Below are positions 1-8,541 of a stretch of 64,000 bases of DNA, one piece after another. How positions within the stretch are numbered: the stretch's first letter is position 1; each line of letters opens with the position of its first letter. This DNA is from an uncultured Halanaerobiales bacterium (GTDB lineage: Bacteria > Bacillota > Halanaerobiia > Halanaerobiales > M55B127). The notes below the pieces were generated by a model. That model was not told the origin of the DNA. It saw nothing but the letters and a program-made list of their open reading frames with translations, and searched no databases. The DNA lies in assembly GCA_913055675.1 (NCBI GenBank), contig CAJXKY010000009.1, positions 47-64,046 of the forward strand. Reading direction: 5' to 3'. The translations under genes were made by a program, and so were the position numbers.

Positions 1-46
1 AACCTTTAGCTGAATCGAACCATTTTACTTTACCACTGTAAATCAT
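1..46 (-). CDS. Cold-shock protein, N-terminal part (runs off window edge)
   Basis: Reverse strand reads MIYSGKVKWFDSAKG (CSD signature leading into RNP-1), with SD AGGAGG at 57-62. Not in the ORF track. Confidence 0.9.
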   Translation of the reverse strand, partial: MIYSGKVKWFDSAKG

Positions 47-282
47 TAAATTAATTCCTCCTAAATTTTCTTAAAACGGGTAAAATTGATATTTTTTCTT
101 ACCCAACGGAAATAAATATAACACTAATATGATAAAAAGTCAAGGTGTTAAGAGAATTAATTTGTATAAATTGAATAAAAAAACTGTTATAAGTTTGAAT
201 AAAACTATAATGTTCTATAAATAAATGAATTAAATTTGAAATACTATTAGTTTATATATATAATATTTATAAATACGAAATA

Positions 283-300
283 AATATCTGATAAGATATT
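283..300. promoter_or_regulatory. Candidate MarR operator
   Basis: Inverted repeat AATATCT-GATA-AGATATT immediately before the SD of the marR-MATE operon. Confidence 0.5.
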
Positions 301-312
301 AGGAGGTAAAAA

Positions 313-774
313 ATGACTTCAAGTAAGGAAACAAAAATAATAGATAAAAATATTAGAGATATTCATAAAAATTTAGTTAAATATACTAAAGGCAGTTTAA
401 GAGAAAATAATCTGACAATGCCTCGTTTTTTAGTTTTATGGTATATTACAAAACATCAACCAGTTAATATGAGCTTTTTACATGATAAGATGCATATGGC
501 AAGCAGTACTCTTACAGTAATTGTAGACAAACTAGTTGATAATGAGTTAGTAAAAAGATATCGCAATCCTGAAGACAGAAGAATAGTTCTTTTAGAATTA
601 ACTGAAAAAGGGGATAAAAAGCTGTGTAAGTTGCTTGATATCAGACAGAACTTTTTAGAAAAAGCTCTTGTTGATTTAGATGATAGTGAAAAAGAAGAAT
701 TAATAAGGTTATTAGGAACGGTTTTAGAAAACCTTGAAGAACTATTGAAAGCAGGTGAAAATTATAATGAGTGA
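313..774 (+). CDS. MarR-family transcriptional regulator
   Basis: wHTH with DRR wing motif (NPEDRRIVLLELTEKG); SD AGGAGG. Confidence 0.9.
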   Translation: MTSSKETKIIDKNIRDIHKNLVKYTKGSLRENNLTMPRFLVLWYITKHQPVNMSFLHDKMHMASSTLTVIVDKLVDNELVKRYRNPEDRRIVLLELTEKGDKKLCKLLDIRQNFLEKALVDLDDSEKEELIRLLGTVLENLEELLKAGENYNE

Positions 775-2188
775 TATAGATTTAGATACTAATGATCTAA
801 ATAATGAAGATAATATGATTAATAGTCCGCCTATGGGTAATAGAGAAGACATTCTAAATGGACCCATAGTAAGTACTATTTTCAAATTAGCTTGGCCCAT
901 AATGATAGGAAACACAATGCAGGTGGTATATAATCTTGCAGATACTTTCTGGCTGGGTAAATTAGGTGCTGAAGCGGTTGCAGCACTTTCGGTTGGTTTT
1001 CCCCTTGTATTTTTAATGGTTTCCATAGGAGCTGGTTTAACGATTGCTGGGACTACTCTAGTAGCTCAATATATGGGCGCTGGAGACGAGGAAATGACAA
1101 ATAAGGTGACTGGCCAGATTTTTTTAGTTGTAGGTACTATTGCTATTGTATTAGCTGGCTTTGGAGTATATTTTAATAGAGCTGTATTACAATTGATGGG
1201 GGCTCCCGCAAATATTTTAGGGGATGCATCTGCATATTTAAATATAATTTTTGCTGGGATACCATTTATGTTTGTATTTTTTATATTTTCTGCTTTATTA
1301 AGAGGTTATGGAGATACAAAAACACCTATGAAATTAATGGTGTTTTCAACATTATTAAACATTATAATAGATCCCTTATTAATCTTTGGGGTTGGAAGCA
1401 TACCTCAATTGGGTGTTAAAGGTGCAGCTTTTGCTACAATATTTTCAAGGGCTGTTGCTGGAATTATAGGCTTATATATTTTATTCAGTGGTAAAAAAGG
1501 TTTAACTTTATCATTAAGATCGCTTAAACCTAATTTTAAAGTTATTAAAAAAATACTAGTGATTGGATTTCCTTCTGCTGCTGAACAATCTATTATAGCA
1601 CTGGGAATGACCTTTTTAATGAGTATTGTATCTCAGTTTGGGACTTTAGTGGTTGCAGCTTATGGAATTGGTTCTCGCATTTTATCAGTTGTAATGTTAC
1701 CTTCCAGAGGATTTGCAACAGCCACTACAACGATGGTAGGACAAAATTTGGGTGCCGATAAAGTAAATAGAGCCGAAAAAAGTGCTTGGATTAGTACTGG
1801 AATAATATTAGTTGTTTTAACACTTTTAGCTGTTGTTTTTAACCTTTTTCCGAGAACAATAATTTCAATTTTCAATTCTAATCCTGAAGTTATTGAGATC
1901 GGAGTATCGTTTTTAAGAATCGTCGGTTTTTCATTTGGCTTTTTAGGAGTTAGATTTATATTAGGAGGTTCATTTAGAGGAGCTGGAAATACTGTAGTTG
2001 CAATGATTTTAGCTATTATTGCCTTATGGGGAATTCGTTTACCTTTGGCTCAATATTTAAGTATTAATCTTAGTTGGGGCACAAACGGTATTTGGTGGGG
2101 AATGTTCCTATCAAATTTCGTAACTGCAATAATTGCAGCCTTTTGGTTTAAAAGAGGGGGCTGGAAAGAGAAAGTGGTTAATAATTAA
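767..2188 (+). CDS. MATE-family efflux transporter
   Basis: 12-TM pattern with MATE motifs (YNLADTFWLG, GDTKTPM, VGQNLGA). Start moved to ATG 767 after SD AGGTGA. Confidence 0.9.
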   Translation: MSDIDLDTNDLNNEDNMINSPPMGNREDILNGPIVSTIFKLAWPIMIGNTMQVVYNLADTFWLGKLGAEAVAALSVGFPLVFLMVSIGAGLTIAGTTLVAQYMGAGDEEMTNKVTGQIFLVVGTIAIVLAGFGVYFNRAVLQLMGAPANILGDASAYLNIIFAGIPFMFVFFIFSALLRGYGDTKTPMKLMVFSTLLNIIIDPLLIFGVGSIPQLGVKGAAFATIFSRAVAGIIGLYILFSGKKGLTLSLRSLKPNFKVIKKILVIGFPSAAEQSIIALGMTFLMSIVSQFGTLVVAAYGIGSRILSVVMLPSRGFATATTTMVGQNLGADKVNRAEKSAWISTGIILVVLTLLAVVFNLFPRTIISIFNSNPEVIEIGVSFLRIVGFSFGFLGVRFILGGSFRGAGNTVVAMILAIIALWGIRLPLAQYLSINLSWGTNGIWWGMFLSNFVTAIIAAFWFKRGGWKEKVVNN

Positions 2189-2355
2189 TATAAATTTCAA
2201 CTAAATAGAAGCTATAGTTTATATGTAAAATAGTATATTGTAATTAATTTGTATTTGTGATATGTATTAAGTTGAATAAACAGGAAAGTAGTTTTTTACA
2301 AATAATATATTTAAGTACAAAGATTAAGTAAGATAATTATTTGAGGAGGGTTAAG

Positions 2356-2706
2356 ATGGAAAAATATTCAATAGAAAATTATATGGTTAATCCTGATGAA
2401 AAAGTAGCAAAAAGAGTAATTTATAGTGATGAAAATACTTTAGCATTTGTTCTAAATATATCTCCAGGCAACTCATTACCAGAACACACTCATTTTGATT
2501 CTACACTATTAATTGAAGTTATAGAGGGTAGTGGAAATATAAATGTTGATGGAGAACCAATAAATGTTGAAGAAAATGACTTAATGAAATTAGATGGTCA
2601 AGAGGTAATGTCAGTAGATAATACCGGTGATAAAACATTAGTTTTATATGTTACTATATCACCTTTACCACCTGAAGACAGGTATGCTAAAAATGCTGAT
2701 CTATAA
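2356..2706 (+). CDS. Cupin-domain protein
   Basis: PEHTH...EGSG cupin motif; ATG 2356 follows GAGGAGG. Confidence 0.8.
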   Translation: MEKYSIENYMVNPDEKVAKRVIYSDENTLAFVLNISPGNSLPEHTHFDSTLLIEVIEGSGNINVDGEPINVEENDLMKLDGQEVMSVDNTGDKTLVLYVTISPLPPEDRYAKNADL

Positions 2707-2715
2707 ATTTCAATA

Positions 2716-2747
2716 AATAGCCTGGGTATATAATAGCCCAGGCTATT
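2716..2747. terminator. Intrinsic terminator hairpin
   Basis: AATAGCCTGGG...CCCAGGCTATT just after the cupin gene. Confidence 0.7.
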
Positions 2748-2773
2748 AAATTTTAAAATTAGGGGGAAGTATA

Positions 2774-3220
2774 ATGAAAACCAAATTAACTTTATTTTTA
2801 ATTATGACTTTTGTATTAATTATTACTTTTAATACAGCAGCAGAAGATATTGGTTTTGCGCAGCGAAGTCAGACTAAAGATTTCTGTGATAGTTTTCTTA
2901 ACTTAATGGTTGAAGAAGATATTGAACAAGCATTTGATATGGTGGAAAAGGAGTGGCCTTTTTCAATTTCAGAAATCCAAAGTTTAGAAAGTTCGACAAT
3001 AAAACAGTTAGACTCTATTAAAGGAAGATTTGGGAAAATATTGGGATATGAATTAATTAAGGAAGACAAAATTAAAGAATCCTTTATAAAATATACATAT
3101 GTAATGAAATATGAAAAACATATAATAAGATGGAAGTTTATTTTTTATAAACCAGAAGATAAATGGATTTTAAATTCTCTTAATTTCGATGATTCTATCA
3201 ATAAGTTATTTAATGATTAG
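2774..3220 (+). CDS. Secreted hypothetical protein (NTF2-like/DUF3887-like)
   Basis: Signal peptide ending in A-A-E; SD GGGGAAG. Family assignment is tentative. Confidence 0.6.
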   Translation: MKTKLTLFLIMTFVLIITFNTAAEDIGFAQRSQTKDFCDSFLNLMVEEDIEQAFDMVEKEWPFSISEIQSLESSTIKQLDSIKGRFGKILGYELIKEDKIKESFIKYTYVMKYEKHIIRWKFIFYKPEDKWILNSLNFDDSINKLFND

Positions 3221-3246
3221 AACACTTAAATGTTAATATAATTGAG

Positions 3247-3900
3247 GTGGTTAGAATAATTTCAAAAGAAAATATCAAATTTAAAATTGTACTAGTCTGG
3301 TTATTTAGATTATTATTAATTGGTGCTATTATTGTTGATATAATAATATTAAATTGGTTAAGTTTATTTATCGCTTCATTAGCTTTAATGACTACATTTA
3401 TCCCTAATCTATTATCAGATAATAAAATTTTATATATACCATCTGATATTCAGGTAATTATCATCATATTTATTTTTGCATCTCTTTATCTAGGTGAATT
3501 AAGGAATTTTTACTACCGTTTCTGGTGGTGGGATAATATGTTACATGCATTTTCAGGAACAATACTTGGATTTATAGGTTTTACTTTAATATATTTTTTA
3601 AATCGTGAAGAAGAGATTGACATCGTTTTGAGTCCAATATTTGTAGCTCTTTTTGCATTTACCTTTGCAGTAAGTATTGGAGTCGTGTGGGAAATATTTG
3701 AATTTACTATGGATTCTCTATTTGCTCTTAATATGCAAAAATCAGGCCTTGTAGACACAATGTGGGATTTAATAGCAGATTGTATTGGAAGTGGGATTGC
3801 TTCTTATTATGGGTATAAATACTTAAAGAAGGGTCAACCTTCCTATTTTGAAAATACTTTCAAAAAAGTATTAACAGAAAACGAACAATTTTTTGAATAA
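3247..3900 (+). CDS. Integral membrane protein (DUF2238/YjdF-like)
   Basis: Multiple TM segments with WWDNMLH, WEIFEF and DTMWDL motifs. The annotated GTG lies inside the SD, so the true start may be ATA 3256 or ATT 3259. Confidence 0.7.
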   Translation: MVRIISKENIKFKIVLVWLFRLLLIGAIIVDIIILNWLSLFIASLALMTTFIPNLLSDNKILYIPSDIQVIIIIFIFASLYLGELRNFYYRFWWWDNMLHAFSGTILGFIGFTLIYFLNREEEIDIVLSPIFVALFAFTFAVSIGVVWEIFEFTMDSLFALNMQKSGLVDTMWDLIADCIGSGIASYYGYKYLKKGQPSYFENTFKKVLTENEQFFE

Positions 3901-3907
3901 ATAACAA

Positions 3908-3932
3908 AACCGGCAGTATTAAGCTGCCGGTT
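3908..3932. terminator. Terminator between convergent membrane gene and tRNA-Leu
   Basis: AACCGGCAG-loop-CTGCCGGTT, with a U-tract on the minus strand. Confidence 0.75.
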
Positions 3933-4000
3933 AATTAACTTTAATGATATTTAATAAAAACTAACAGTTAAAGTTATTAAATTTTGTGATCATAAAGAAA

Positions 4001-4088
4001 TGGTGCCGAAGGTGGGACTCGAACCCACACAGACAAGATGCCCACAGCGCCCTCAACGCTGCGCGTCTGCCAATTCCGCCACTTCGGC
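4001..4088 (-). tRNA. tRNA-Leu(GAG)
   Basis: Reverse complement GCCGAAGTGGCGGAATTGGCAGAC...CAGCG-TTGAGGG-CGCTG, long variable arm, GTTCGAGTCC, 3' CCA. Confidence 0.97.
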
Positions 4089-4253
4089 ACGATATATATA
4101 CTATCATATTATTCTTAATATTGTCAAGCAATTAACATATATTTTAACGTATATATATTATTATTTAGATGATAGGAAAGATATGAAAATAGTTTTATTA
4201 TATAAATTAAATAAAAAAAGATTTTTTTCAAACTCTAAAGGAGGTAAAAAAGA

Positions 4254-4784
4254 ATGACTGTTGAAGGCAAAAAGGTTGCTTTGTTTGTAGCAAATGAATA
4301 TGAAGATTTAGAAGCTTGGTACCCTTATCTCAGACTTAAAGAAGCTGGTGTAGAAGTTACAGTAATTGGTTCTGATAATGTAGAAGGCAATGTTGCAGAA
4401 AGTAAACATGGGTATCCTATTAAAATTGATAAAAAAGCAGCAGAAGTAGACCCTAAAAACTTTGATGGTGTCATCATTCCTGGCGGTTGGGCTCCAGATA
4501 AACTTAGAAGATGTAATAACACCTTGGATTTTGTTAGAGATATGTATGAAAATAATAAGTTAATTGCTTCAATATGTCATGGAGGTTGGGTTCTCGCTTC
4601 AGCTGATGTAGTTGAGGGCAAAACCTTGACATCAACTCCAGCAATTAAAGATGACTTGTTAAACGCTGGTGCAGTCTGGGTTGATGAAGAAGTAGTTGTA
4701 GATGAAAAATTAGTAACTTCCCGGTCTCCAAAAGATTTACCAGCATTTTTGAAAGAAATCTTACAGGAGTTAAAAAGTCTATAG
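4254..4784 (+). CDS. PfpI/DJ-1 family protein (type 1 glutamine amidotransferase-like)
   Basis: EDLE, IPGGWAPD and nucleophile-elbow ICHGG motifs. Confidence 0.9.
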   Translation: MTVEGKKVALFVANEYEDLEAWYPYLRLKEAGVEVTVIGSDNVEGNVAESKHGYPIKIDKKAAEVDPKNFDGVIIPGGWAPDKLRRCNNTLDFVRDMYENNKLIASICHGGWVLASADVVEGKTLTSTPAIKDDLLNAGAVWVDEEVVVDEKLVTSRSPKDLPAFLKEILQELKSL

Positions 4785-4807
4785 ATAATAGAATAAATAA
4801 CAACAAT

Positions 4808-4833
4808 AGGGGAGGAATTCTAATTCCTCCCCT
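4808..4833 (+). terminator. Intrinsic terminator
   Basis: AGGGGAGGAATT-CT-AATTCCTCCCCT hairpin followed by a T-rich tail. Confidence 0.75.
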
Positions 4834-4838
4834 TATAT

Positions 4839-4867
4839 TTGACAGTATAAACCATTGATGATATAAT
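4839..4867 (+). promoter_or_regulatory. SigA promoter of fprA
   Basis: TTGACA-17 nt-TATAAT with TGn extension; perfect consensus. Confidence 0.8.
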
Positions 4868-4931
4868 TCTGAGTAGAATAGTCAAGATTAGAAAATATTA
4901 ATAATTAAAGGCTACATAGGGAGGTTTATTT

Positions 4932-6101
4932 ATGAGTTTAAGGAAAATTAAAGATGATGTTTTTGCTGTTGGTGTAATTGATTGGGATAGAAGACTTTTT
5001 GATGAACTGATTCCACTACCAGATGGGACAAGTTATAACTCCTATTTAGTAAAAGGAGATAAAAAGACTGCACTGATAGATACTGTAGAACCAGACTTTG
5101 CTGGAGAATTAATTGGAAATTTAAAGAAAAGTAATATTACAAATATAGATTATATAGTTGCAAATCATGCTGAACAAGATCATTCTGGTTCAATACCGCA
5201 GATTTTAGATGTATATCCAACCGCTACTGTATTAACTAGTGAAAAAGGTAAGGATATGTTATTGAGTCTACTTGATATTGAAGAAGATAAAATTGAAGTT
5301 GTAGGTCATGAAGATAATATTTCTTTAGGTAATAAAACGTTAGAATTTATAGATACTCCATGGGTACATTGGCCAGAAACTATTTCAACTTATTTAAAAG
5401 AAGATAATATCTTGTTTTCATGTGACTTTTTTGGATCTCATTTAGCAACTAGTGATTTATATGTGAGAGAAGAAGCTGAAGTATATAGGGCTGCTAAGAG
5501 GTATTACGCAGAAATTATGATGCCTTTTAGAAAGGTTATAAAAGCTAATTTAACAAAAGTTAATAATTATGAAATAGATATGATAGCTCCTAGCCATGGT
5601 CCGATATATGATAATCCTGAATTCATTTTAGATGCTTATGAGGACTGGACAAGTGATGATGTAAAACCTGAAGTTATCGTACCTTATGTATCTATGCACG
5701 GAAGTACAGAAGATATGATTGATTACTTTGTAGAAAAGTTAATTGATAAAGATATAAAAGTTAAACCATTTAATATAGCGAAGATGGACTTAGGTGAACT
5801 TGCTATTTCATTAGTAGATGCTTCAACGGTAGTCTTGGGTTCTCCAACCGTTTTAACTGGACCACACCCAATGGCAGTCTATGTAACTTATTTATTTAAT
5901 GCCCTCAGACCGAAGACAAAGTATGCTTCTATTATTGGTTCTTATGGCTGGGCAGGTAATATGGTAGATGATGTTGTAGGTATGTTGGATAAATTAAATG
6001 TAGAGTTACTTGATCCTGTAGTATCTAAAGGTACTGCAACTGAAGAAGACTATCAAGCAATAGATAGATTAGTTGAGGAATTAGAGGAAAGACTAAAATA
6101 A
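4932..6101 (+). CDS. fprA: Class A flavodiiron protein (O2/NO reductase)
   Basis: GTSYNSY, NHAEQDHSG, HWPE, SCDFFG and PSHGP motifs, plus flavodoxin SMHGST and GSYGW. Confidence 0.92.
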   Translation: MSLRKIKDDVFAVGVIDWDRRLFDELIPLPDGTSYNSYLVKGDKKTALIDTVEPDFAGELIGNLKKSNITNIDYIVANHAEQDHSGSIPQILDVYPTATVLTSEKGKDMLLSLLDIEEDKIEVVGHEDNISLGNKTLEFIDTPWVHWPETISTYLKEDNILFSCDFFGSHLATSDLYVREEAEVYRAAKRYYAEIMMPFRKVIKANLTKVNNYEIDMIAPSHGPIYDNPEFILDAYEDWTSDDVKPEVIVPYVSMHGSTEDMIDYFVEKLIDKDIKVKPFNIAKMDLGELAISLVDASTVVLGSPTVLTGPHPMAVYVTYLFNALRPKTKYASIIGSYGWAGNMVDDVVGMLDKLNVELLDPVVSKGTATEEDYQAIDRLVEELEERLK

Positions 6102-6136
6102 TTATTGATAAAAAAATGAGAAATGATATAATTAAG

Positions 6137-6162
6137 GAGGAGCCGTAATTGGCTCCTCTTTT
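6137..6162 (+). terminator. Intrinsic terminator
   Basis: GAGGAGCC-GTAATT-GGCTCCTC followed by TTTT. Confidence 0.8.
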
Positions 6163-6264
6163 CTAATGGATATAGAAATAATATTACTATAGAGGCAGGA
6201 ATTGGCTTATTAGCTATTGAATAAGATTAAGTAGTATTTATTTTTTTAATGGAGGGCTTACATA

Positions 6265-7050
6265 ATGAATGAGGAGCAAGCAGATAGTAAAACTAGTAAG
6301 AATTGGATAATAGTATTAGTAATAATAATATTAGCTTTATTAGGTTTTTATGTATATAATTATTTCACCTTGTTTTTTGGAGAAGCTAATTTACAGGATA
6401 GGTTTAATAGAGAAGTGAATTTATTGGTTATAGGTCAGGATTCTGAAGAGAATGTAGATAAAAATACTGTACAATCTGATTCTATAATGTTAGTTAATTT
6501 AAGTCCTAATGATAGAAGACTTAATATAATTGCAGTTCCCTCACATAAAAAGTATAAAGATAAAAATTTGAAAGAATATAATAAAGACCAATTGATGGAA
6601 ATTATGGCAGATATATCTGGTATTAAACCTAATTATTATTTTGTTATAGATTATGAAGGTTTTAAAAATATAGTAAATCTTATGAGCGGGATAGAAATTG
6701 AATTAGACGAAGAATTTAAAGTACCAGAACTTGGATTATATTTAAAAGAAGGCACCAATCTTTTATCTGGTCAGGAAGCACTAAATTATGCTAGATATTA
6801 TAACCACAATAAAGATGAATTAAATAGAATATCTAGACAAAAGAAAGTTATAAATGGATTTTCTGATAAAGTATTTCAGAAAAATTCATTATTAAATATT
6901 CCCAAGTTATATAGAACAGTAATGGAAACAGTAAAAAATGTAGAAACTAATTTGGATTATGACTTAGCAATTGAAGCTTACACTTTTATTAATAATAGTG
7001 AAAATTTTAATATTGAATATCAAATAATGGAATTAGAGAATTCAAAATAG
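6265..7050 (+). CDS. LytR-CpsA-Psr (LCP) family protein, degenerate active site
   Basis: N-terminal TM; NLLVIGQD, SDSIML, GQEALNYAR and RISRQ motifs. Confidence 0.8.
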   Translation: MNEEQADSKTSKNWIIVLVIIILALLGFYVYNYFTLFFGEANLQDRFNREVNLLVIGQDSEENVDKNTVQSDSIMLVNLSPNDRRLNIIAVPSHKKYKDKNLKEYNKDQLMEIMADISGIKPNYYFVIDYEGFKNIVNLMSGIEIELDEEFKVPELGLYLKEGTNLLSGQEALNYARYYNHNKDELNRISRQKKVINGFSDKVFQKNSLLNIPKLYRTVMETVKNVETNLDYDLAIEAYTFINNSENFNIEYQIMELENSK

Positions 7051-7138
7051 TAAAATTTGTAATACGGAGCATTTAAAAGTATTTTAAAGTATGTTATAAT
7101 AAACATGAGTTAAATTGTAATAACTATATTTAAACCCT

Positions 7139-7167
7139 TTGACTTCGGTTTAACTTTTGTGTATACT
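7139..7167 (+). promoter_or_regulatory. SigA promoter of tRNA operon
   Basis: TTGACT-17 nt-TATACT. Confidence 0.65.
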
Positions 7168-7209
7168 ATTTATTGCTGGATGTAAAGTTCCATGCATTTT
7201 TAAAATATT

Positions 7210-7285
7210 GGGCGAATAGCTCAGCTGGGAGAGCACCTGCCTTACAAGCAGGGGGTCACAGGTTCGAGCCCTGTTTCGCCCACCA
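7210..7285 (+). tRNA. tRNA-Val(TAC)
   Basis: 76-nt cloverleaf; anticodon loop CTTACAA; encoded CCA. Confidence 0.97.
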
Positions 7286-7292
7286 TTTATAC

Positions 7293-7369
7293 GGAGGAGT
7301 AGCGAAGTGGTTGAACGCGCCGGCCTGTCACGCCGGAGATCGCGGGTTCAAATCCCGTCTCCTCCGCCA
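7293..7369 (+). tRNA. tRNA-Asp(GTC)
   Basis: Cloverleaf; CCGGC-CTGTCAC-GCCGG anticodon arm; GCCA end. Confidence 0.97.
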
Positions 7370-7377
7370 TTTTTTGT

Positions 7378-7453
7378 GGTGGGGTAGCTCAGGTGGTAGA
7401 GCAGTGGACTGAAAATCCTCGTGTCGCCAGTTCGACTCTGGCTCCCACCACCA
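7378..7453 (+). tRNA. tRNA-Phe(GAA)
   Basis: 76-nt cloverleaf; anticodon loop CTGAAAA; ACCA end. Confidence 0.95.
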
Positions 7454-7457
7454 TTTT

Positions 7458-8399
7458 TTAAAATTCTGGAAGCTCATCAATGGCTTCCTTTTTTTGTTTT
7501 TGATCAGTATGTGTATAGATTTGAGTTGTAGATATATTTTCATGACCTAATAAATCTTGCAATACTTTAATATTTTTTGTTTTATTGTAAAGCATAGTAG
7601 CAAAGGTGTGCCTTAGTTTATGTGGTGTAACCTTACTAGCATTTTTAATACCTGCCATTTTAGCATATTTTTTCACAAATAATTGAATTGAACGCGGACT
7701 AATTCTGTTACCCCTCGTAGATAAAAACAAGGCTTTTTCTGCATCTTTATTGTTGGTCTCTATTTTGTTTCTTTCTGGTAGGTATTGTTTAATTGAATTT
7801 ATTGTATCGGTATGTAATGGTACATAGCGTTCTTTATTACCTTTTCCAAAAAATTTTATTGATTTATCTTCGTAATCTATATCTTCAAGGTCAAGCTGCA
7901 CAAGTTCTGATACTCTTAAACCAGCATATAAAAATAATTTAACAATAGCTAAATCTCTTTTCTTATTTAATAAATCTGCTTCTTTAATTATTTTAATATA
8001 TTTTTTTGCTTCATCTAATTTTAGATATATAGGTTCAGCTGTAGTTCTCGTTTTTGATGATTCAATCGTCATAGCGGGATTTTTTTCTATATATTCTCTT
8101 TTTTGGAGAAATTTAAAAAATGAACGTATAGCATATAACTTCCGATTTCTAGTAACTGCACTGTTATCATAACTTAAAACAATGTCACTTAAAAATTCGG
8201 ATATTTCATATTTAGATATTTCAGATATATTAAAATCCTCATCAAAATCATGTTCGTTTTTTAAATATTTATATAATAGTTTGAGATCATGATCATATTC
8301 CTTCACAGTTAATTTTGAGTAAGCCCTGTCAACTGTTAAGTATTTTTTGAAGTTTTCTACTGCCTCTAAATAATTTAAATCTCTAGCCATTTTAATCAT
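7458..8399 (-). CDS. Xer-family tyrosine recombinase (XerC/XerS-like)
   Basis: SAM-like N-domain; catalytic R (GLRVSEL), K (GKGNKER), HxxR (TPHKLRHTFAT), LGH and Y (TTQIYTH). No arm-binding domain. Confidence 0.9.
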   Translation of the reverse strand: MIKMARDLNYLEAVENFKKYLTVDRAYSKLTVKEYDHDLKLLYKYLKNEHDFDEDFNISEISKYEISEFLSDIVLSYDNSAVTRNRKLYAIRSFFKFLQKREYIEKNPAMTIESSKTRTTAEPIYLKLDEAKKYIKIIKEADLLNKKRDLAIVKLFLYAGLRVSELVQLDLEDIDYEDKSIKFFGKGNKERYVPLHTDTINSIKQYLPERNKIETNNKDAEKALFLSTRGNRISPRSIQLFVKKYAKMAGIKNASKVTPHKLRHTFATMLYNKTKNIKVLQDLLGHENISTTQIYTHTDQKQKKEAIDELPEF

Positions 8400-8541
8400 A
8401 CTCCTTCATTTAATTAACATATTACTATATATACATAAATTCAATAATATTATTGTTAATCCTGCTTTCAGAGTGGATATTTACTTTGTTTATAATTTAT
8501 TATATAATTATAAAAAAGGAGAATGGGAGTGATTTAAAATC

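Noticed and set aside
4000-4257. 85-aa ORF on + strand
   Set aside because: Antisense shadow of tRNA-Leu plus AT-rich intergenic DNA.
7173-7543. ORFs 7173..7412 (+) and 7328..7543 (-)
   Set aside because: Spurious translations across the Val-Asp-Phe tRNA cluster.
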